Assembly (NCBI GenBank): GCA_964016885.1
Contig: OZ024743.1
Coordinates: 225,866,001-225,930,000, forward strand
Source of the DNA: Eledone cirrhosa
Taxonomy: Eukaryota
DNA length: 64,000 nucleotides
Direction: 5' to 3'
The notes beneath the pieces were generated by a model, which was not told the DNA's origin, did not search any database, and saw only the letters and a list, made by a program, of their open reading frames with translations. Made by a program: the position numbers and the translations under genes. Position 1 is the first letter of the stretch. The number at the start of each line of letters is the position of its first letter. Positions 56,710 through 64,000 of the stretch are shown here, one piece after another.

Positions 56710-56895
56710 GGCGGTGGATTGGCAGTATCGGTAGAGGGTCGGACGCCATGCTTTGACGCATAGAGTTACGGCCCTTGCCATTCTGCGTTCAAATCCCGCC
56801 GAGGTTAACTTTGCCTTTCATCCTTACGGAGTTGATAAAATAAAGTACCAGTAATGAACTGGGTAATTGCTGGCCTTGTGCCAAAAGTAGAAACA
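56710..56895 (+). mobile_element. Full-length tRNA-derived SINE with a 14-bp TSD
   Basis: A box TGGCAGTATCGG, B box GTTCAAATCC. TSD ATTATTTGTCTAAG at 56696-56709 and 56896-56909. Confidence 0.92.
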
Positions 56896-57168
56896 ATTAT
56901 TTGTCTAAGCAGACAGTACTTGATTTAGGAGTTGCAGAAACCCAATACTGGATATTACCAACCTTCCAAGGGTCCGGGTATAATTTTCAATCATATTTTA
57001 TTTGTTTGACCCGAATTACTTGGTCGTTTCTATGGTTGTGCGGATAATGGTTTAACCATCGTCTCAGTGTGTTTGGCCTTTTAACTTATGTTGTTGCTCT
57101 AGTTCACACATCTCGGAAGTTGTTTTTCGCTAATTTCCAATAGCCGAAATACGATTCTCGCTAATTTA

Positions 57169-57248
<80 letters not shown>

Positions 57249-57287
57249 AAAATATATATACATATATAAATATAAATAAATAAATAA

Positions 57288-57354
<67 letters not shown>

Positions 57355-57355
<1 letters not shown>

Positions 57356-59458
57356 CGGCGATGAATTAGTTTTGCGAGGTTTTTTATATGAAATCGTGTG
57401 TCGAAACAAATATTGTTATACTTGGGGAGGGTCATATTTGTGTAATATTGCCAGAATTAATAACAGAACACACTCACTGTTTGGTTGGTTTTCGCTTCTC
57501 GCTGTCTTTTATATCGGTCCTCAATCGTCAGTGGTGTTATATTTTCCTCCTGTTGTGTTGTATGTCTACGCCATTTTTATTCAGTCTGTCTATATATTTA
57601 TTTATTTATTTGCTTGTTTGTTTATTTTATTTTGTCTTCTTTGCGCATGCGTTTGCGTGTGTGTATAATGTTTTGTTTGCTGTGTGATGGGTGACTAGTG
57701 TGTGTTTATGTGCTTGTTGTTATTGTGCTTGTGTATGTATTTATTTATTTATTTATTTTATTTTATTTACTTATTTATACTTCTCTTAGGTCAGTGTTGT
57801 TTGTTTGGGTGTTGTTGTTATTCCATTCATTCTTTCTGTTTAACCTTGGTCTTCTAATTTCTATTTCACTGGCCTCTCTGATTTGCCTATCTGCTGGGTC
57901 ATTTCTATGTTTAGATATTATTCTAATTTCTATGTTGTCTATGTTACCGTCATGTTGTTGTCTAGCATGTTCGTATAGTACTGACCCGTTTTTTCGTCCT
58001 TTTAGTTCCCCCCCAGTGTTGGTCTATCCTTTCACCTATGCTACGAGCTGTCTCACCTATGTATGTTGTTGTCATGTTTCTGCAAGTACCCTCTGTACAT
58101 CTTATGCTATAGACTACGTTTCTAGTTTTACAGTTTATCCGGGGGTTCACCTTACATATGATACATTTCCAATTGGTACAGTGGGTTTTCTTAAAAGGGT
58201 AGGTTTTGCTGATCAGGGATTTTATGGTGGTTCCTGGCTTTTCTACCACCTTTATTTTTAAGTGGGTCTTTCTCAGGGCCTTTCTACACTGGTTAGCTAA
58301 TTTCCCTCCAGGGGTGGCGTCCACAAACATGACACTCTGGTATCTCTGGTTGTCGTACCATGAGGTGGCTTTCCCTATCTTATGTCTAGCCCTATCTAAG
58401 CTATTCCATGATTTGCTCCTGTATAATGGGCAAATTCCTTTCATGTCCAGTTCTATGAGGGTCTTATACTTTTCCATGGCTCCTTCGTATACTCTGACTC
58501 TGTCTCTTTGGTTGTAGCCAGAGAACTGCATGCGGTTGATGAAGTGTTGGATGTGTCTTTCCATTTCTGTTGGGTCGCACATGCGGGACACATTCTTAAT
58601 CACTCGTACCAAATCTGCGATCAGAATATTAAACTTAGCACTACTGGACATTGCTGAGTTTTTGAGTATCAGGTATTTGGAGGCCATGGGTTTAGCATAG
58701 TGTGAGTGGAGAATTTGGGCTCTCTCGTCTATAGTGTTAATCCAGAGTTCTGTGTCTAATACAGGTAGTCTATTGTTAGGGTGTTTCGAAGGGAAGTCGA
58801 TAGTTAGTTATACTCTGGTGTATGGAATTAGTTATCTGCTGGATGCTTTCCATCGTGCTACGTTCTAAATCAAACTTGTTAGTGCTCTCTAGTGGGGGTG
58901 TTCTCATAACTATATTGATATCGTCTACATAACGAGAGTACATGATGAGGTCTATGGAGCTCTCATTAAGGAGATCTTTAAGTCTCCTTTCACACCATAC
59001 CATGAAAAGGTTGGCAACATCACCAGCTATGCTGACGCCGATTGCTGCTCCCTCATTTTGGGTGTAGATCTTCTCGTTGAACTTAAATATGTGGCCCTTT
59101 AGGGTAGTTTTGATACTAGCCCCTATTGCATGTGTGACCATTTTTCTTACCTGATCATTGTTTTGGGGGGTCCGTATAGCTTTGATCCACCCAATCCACC
59201 TTCCCATGGGAGTCTTTTTTGCCATTGAGGTTATGGTGGGGTGTCCACCTCTTATAGGTCTACTAGGGCAGAAACATCTAAGGTCATGGCTGTCTAGGTA
59301 GTCAGTGTCGTAGGTAAGTCTAAGTAGGAGGCCCAGTTCGTCTGTGTCGACGTCGCAGAACTCCACCTCACTCTCAATGATCATCTCCACACATCTTTTC
59401 ACAGCAAAATCAATGTTAATGGATGTGTACAGTGACACCACATCCATGCTGCCTATTA
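57355..59458 (-). mobile_element. 5'-truncated Penelope-like element (Naiad-like): RT, Cys-rich linker, GIY-YIG endonuclease and 3' UTR; two frameshifts
   Basis: GSMDVVSLYTSI, GAAIG..VANLFM and SRYVDDI. CTNWKCIIC..CKTRNVVYSIRC..YIGETARSIGERIDQH, then (shifted frame) DRQIREA..PRLNRKNEWN with a stop near 57776. (TA)n on both flanks. Confidence 0.9.
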
Positions 59459-59476
59459 TACATATATATTATATAT

Positions 59477-60184
59477 ATAATACATTACGAAGAGAGAAGA
59501 AACATTAGATATAATTAATAATAAGATATACCATACCCAAATTCCTTCTTTACTCCTCGACTACGTAGTTTTGTGGCATATTATGCAAAAACACTACATC
59601 ACAGAGATATAGAATTTTTGTGAGGTCTGCCGATTTATCAAGGGGATACGTCATTAAAAGTCTCAAAACACGTCCGTAGGACGCGAGATAGAATCCCGAA
59701 AGGCGGAGGGGGAGTCAATCACGTGATACAGCGGTCAAGAGGTGGCTAAGGTGGCGAGAAGTATGAGTAATGATAGCTTTCCAGCAGTCACTACACTTCA
59801 ATGGTTACTCTACCAACGGGAGTTATAAACAATATATAGAAAATATATACACAGAAATTCTATATCTCTGTGATGTAGTGTTTTTGCATAATATGCCACG
59901 AAACTACGTAGCCGAGGAGTAAAGAAGGAATTTGGGTATGGTATATCTTATTATTAATTATGTGGATTGGCAGTATCGGTAGAGGGTCGGACGCCATGCT
60001 TTACAGCATAGTTACGTCCCTTTACAATCTGAGTTCAAATCCCGCCGAGGTTGCCTTTGCCTTTCATCCTTACGGGGTCGATAAAATAAAGTACCAGTAA
60101 TGCACTGGGTAATTGCTGGCCTTGTGCCTAAAGTAGAAACAATTAATTATATCTAATCTTTCTTCTCTCTTCATAATGTATTAT
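59477..60184. mobile_element. Fold-back element with ~145-bp inverted arms; a SINE is inserted in the right arm
   Basis: 59477-59622 is the reverse complement of 59850-59961 plus 60151-60184. Confidence 0.8.
59962..60141 (+). mobile_element. SINE with a 9-bp TSD ATTAATTAT
   Basis: TSD at 59953-59961 and 60142-60150. A and B boxes present. Confidence 0.9.
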
Positions 60185-60331
60185 GTAGCTCTGATACTGA
60201 ATCAATCTAATCCATTCGGATTATTTTGTCCCAGTTATTCATAGAGCAACATCGGTTGAGGTTGGCACCACTAATTCAAAGATATATGTGGATATATTCA
60301 TGTATATGTATGTGTCCGCATGTATCTGTGT

Positions 60332-60396
<65 letters not shown>

Positions 60397-60399
<3 letters not shown>

Positions 60400-60915
60400 C
60401 GTTTCTGAATTTGTTTAGCAAGATTCTTTATCTGAAAACGTGTGTTGAAACCGATATTGTTATACTTTGGGAGGGTAATGTTGCCAATAAGAAACACACG
60501 CACCAGTTGCTTTCACTTCAATTTATTATAATAAATTTATAAATTTAGGAATTTATAGATTTCCGGTTGGTTGGTTGGTTCCACAACCAGATGGTTGTTT
60601 ATATATTGTCAAAGTTATTTCGTCACACATTCTGTGACCTCTTCAGTGACTGGGATACTTTTCTTTGTTTTTGTGCCTCTCCTTTGCTTTGGAGAGGCAC
60701 AAAAACAAAGAAAAGAATCCCAGTCACTGAAGAGGTCACAGAATGTGTGACAACAGAACTTTGACAATATATAAACAACCATCTGGTTGTGGAACCAACC
60801 AACCAACCGGAAATTTATAAATTCCTAAATTTATAAATTTATTATAATAAATTGAAGTGAAAGCAACTGGTGCGTGTGTTTCTTATTGGCAACATGACCC
60901 TCCCAAAGTATAACA
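60397..60915. mobile_element. Penelope-terminus-derived palindrome: two 225-bp arms around an 8-nt loop
   Basis: 60458-60682 pairs with 60691-60915; loop TTTGCTTT. Same family as 29227-29828. Confidence 0.9.
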
Positions 60916-60916
60916 C

Positions 60917-60976
<60 letters not shown>

Positions 60977-61033
60977 CATATATATACACCTATAATATAT
61001 ATATACTTCTATATAAGGTATATAATTATTCTC

Positions 61034-61077
<44 letters not shown>

Positions 61078-61233
61078 AGCACATTGACATACTACTGTCA
61101 CCTATACATATTGATTTATTGACAGTTGAGCTGATTTGCTATATTTGCATTCTTATTACACAGGCACATTTACATACATATGTATTACATATCAACGCCT
61201 ATATACGCATATGTGTATATGTCTATATATATG

Positions 61234-61292
<59 letters not shown>

Positions 61293-61432
61293 GTAGCATT
61301 GTGAAATATAGGTAAAATTATTTACCCCCATGCGACCAAAATGAAAGCTAGAAATAGAGGTGTGAAGAAAATGGAATTTTTTTTGCTCATCTTGCATTTT
61401 TTCACTTTATCTCCATCTTGCACACACACACA

Positions 61433-61468
<36 letters not shown>

Positions 61469-61640
61469 CATAGTTCTTTATTATGTGTTGGGTAGTGTTA
61501 CTTAGGAGTTTCACCTGTGTACACACTGAATCATCGGAATCTCTTGTGATTCTCTGTTTGTCTCGTCTGATGATTCTGTGATTACTTAGGTGAAACTCCA
61601 GAAAAAAACAAGATTCATTACTTAACCATAATAAAGGATA

Positions 61641-61698
61641 GTACCAGTAATGCACTGGAATAATTGCTGGCCTTGTGCCAAAAGGAGAAACAATTATT
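61641..61698 (+). mobile_element. SINE 3' fragment
   Basis: gtaccagtaatgcactggaataattgctggccttgtgccaaaaggagaaacaattatt. Confidence 0.75.
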
Positions 61699-61840
61699 AA
61701 AATCTAATTAGGTATTTAGTTCTCATTCTTACGTCCGTCAACATCTCATGAATCTCTCGCTCTATCTCTTTCTCTCTCTCCCTCATGTATATATATATAT
61801 GTGTGTGTGTGTGTGAGTACGCACATATATATATGTGCGT

Positions 61841-61871
<31 letters not shown>

Positions 61872-63399
61872 GTTCAAAATAAAAAAAAGACTAAAACTTG
61901 TATACAATTAAGCATAGACTTATTAGTTTTATGCTTGTTAGAAAGGGAAACAGAATGTTTCAACTTATCGGAGGTTAGCCTTTCATCAGGAAAGTGCAAT
62001 GTTAGGAAGAAGAGGAGGTTGGTATGTTGAATAAATGTATGTATGTATGTATGTATGTATGTATGTATGTATGTATGTATGTATGTATGTATGTATGTAT
62101 GTATGTATGTATGTGCGTATGCATAAATGTATATGTATCCGATATGTGTTATTAAAGACATTACTATATTAGTTTTATTTTGAACTTTATTACCAGATAT
62201 TTGTTCTGTTTCATTAGTATTTCACAGCGCGTATTGAACATAAAATTCCTAAATCTGTAATCGAATCTATATTTCTAGACCTTCATAATTCCGACATCAT
62301 CTGTGAAGTGTTTTTTGGTTTTTTCCCTATTTTTCTTCTTTTATTAGAAGTAAATATATTTTATGAAATTCTTTAATTCGCTTGTATTTTCTGGGATTTA
62401 TAACAGGAAATTTAAACTTGACGTTTGACTGTTAGTTTATACACCATTAGTCACTTTTTATGACATGTGTATGCTGATTGCGGTTTATTTTTCGCATTGC
62501 ATTGTACTTTGTGAATTTATAGCATTTTAATGGAATATGAGCGCCACGTCCATAATTAAACGTCTATTTGCGTTACGTCTTCTGTATAATACGGTTGTAT
62601 TGTCCGTTAGTGTTTTCCTATCTAGCTTTGTTTTCTGATGTCTAGTATTTTGCAAATGTCGTAAATATATAGTGAACCTTGCAGTGATTGCTGTACTTTG
62701 TATGGCTAAAGTAGCTATTGGTTTAATGAAGTTTACAGCTTTCATAATTGTAATTGAATTTATAAATCACATTGGTCATTTGTCGCTGGTTCTCTCTGGT
62801 GCTTTATTGTTGATGAGAACATTTTTGAGTTAAGAACTTTTATAGTATATTGTTACAGCTAATTTATGGTATGGTGTGGTAAATTTTGTGTTACGTTTTA
62901 AGACATTATATGTTTAGTTAGTGTAATTTAATCACAATATTGTTTGAGATATGTGTTGCGCTGTATTTATGTTTATGTTCTTTGTCTACTAGTCTGTTTG
63001 AGTGTCAAATGTTGATTAGTGTCTGTTTTGTTCTATGTATTATTTATCGAATGTTTCGTTTGTTGAGAAGAATTTAAATATCATTCCAAGTAGCCAGTTT
63101 GCCACTAAAGGTTTGCAGCTGTCTGATTATTCACAGTTTCCATGTAAGTATATACAATTATTTGTGTCTTTCTTGTACAATGACTCTTAGGAAACTATTA
63201 GAAAAATCTGGTAAAAAAGACGAAACACGAATATCATCGCATCTTTAATACCACATGAGTAAAAGAAAAGCTGTTCCTAAAATGTTCAAATATATTCAAA
63301 TATATATACGAATACACACAACCTCCATGGTAGACCTTTTCTTTTGTTCGTCCTCATTATTAAATAGTTATATATATATATATATATATACATACATTC

Positions 63400-63446
<47 letters not shown>

Positions 63447-63592
63447 CGTGTGTGTGTGTAAATATGGTACTCAATACCATAAGTAGAATGAGGGCAATGA
63501 CGATTTAATATATTAAAAAAAGCTACAGGACTAGAACTATTTCATTCATATGAAATCATCAAGAATGATGATTTCATACGAATAAAACAATT

Positions 63593-63624
<32 letters not shown>

Positions 63625-63913
63625 TTCTGTGTGTGTGTATATATATATATATATATTTACATACATGCATACATACAGAGATATATTTATATACACCGAC
63701 AAAGAGAGAGAGAGAGAGAGAGAGAGAGGGAGCAAGAGAGAAAGTCAGGGGAGGAATAGTGGGTGGGAGGGAAGGCTTGAGGGAGAAAGTTAAATAGATA
63801 GATATACATTATAAATATGTTAATGCGCCAAGGTTGACAGAACATGTATATTTTAAGTGACACAGTTAAAAGGAAAAGAAATAAAGGTGAAGATTGAAAT
63901 AGAATTTTTTCCC

Positions 63914-64000
63914 AACACCACCACCACCACCAACACCAACACCACCACCACCACCAACAACAACAACAAGAGTTACAACAACAACATCAACAACAACAAC
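63914..64000. repeat. (ACC)n/(AAC)n microsatellite running off the window edge
   Basis: Seen directly. Confidence 0.9.

Noticed and set aside
62250-63250. Possible decayed minus-strand Penelope endonuclease region
   Set aside because: Only vague motif spacing and many stops; unsupported without a profile search.

Overview
This is AT-rich eukaryotic repeat DNA, most likely from an octopod cephalopod (inferred from the tRNA-derived SINE families and the very high microsatellite load). I can support no intact host protein-coding gene. Contents: a ~10 kb AGTACACCATA(ACC)n minisatellite with a 2,682-bp tandem duplication; several other satellites; about 15 SINE copies; a (TATG)n nest holding two R4/Dong-like restriction-like-endonuclease (RLE) LINE families and RTE derivatives; a near full-length decayed Tx1/L1 element; an RTE with C-terminal C2H2 fingers split by a hAT MITE; a (TAA)n-flanked Dong-like element; and a Naiad-like Penelope element (RT plus GIY-YIG). 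The most notable signals are: (i) a tandem ~317-bp unit carrying a type I hammerhead ribozyme with a U3-A8 core variant and a palindromic stem III (retrozyme/circRNA-like), plus several other hammerhead-like motifs in fold-back Penelope-type termini; (ii) R4-clade LINEs that appear to target (TACA)n microsatellites, including tails laid down by RTE elements. Most ORFs in the supplied track are artefacts of simple repeats. All alignments and RNA folds were done by eye.
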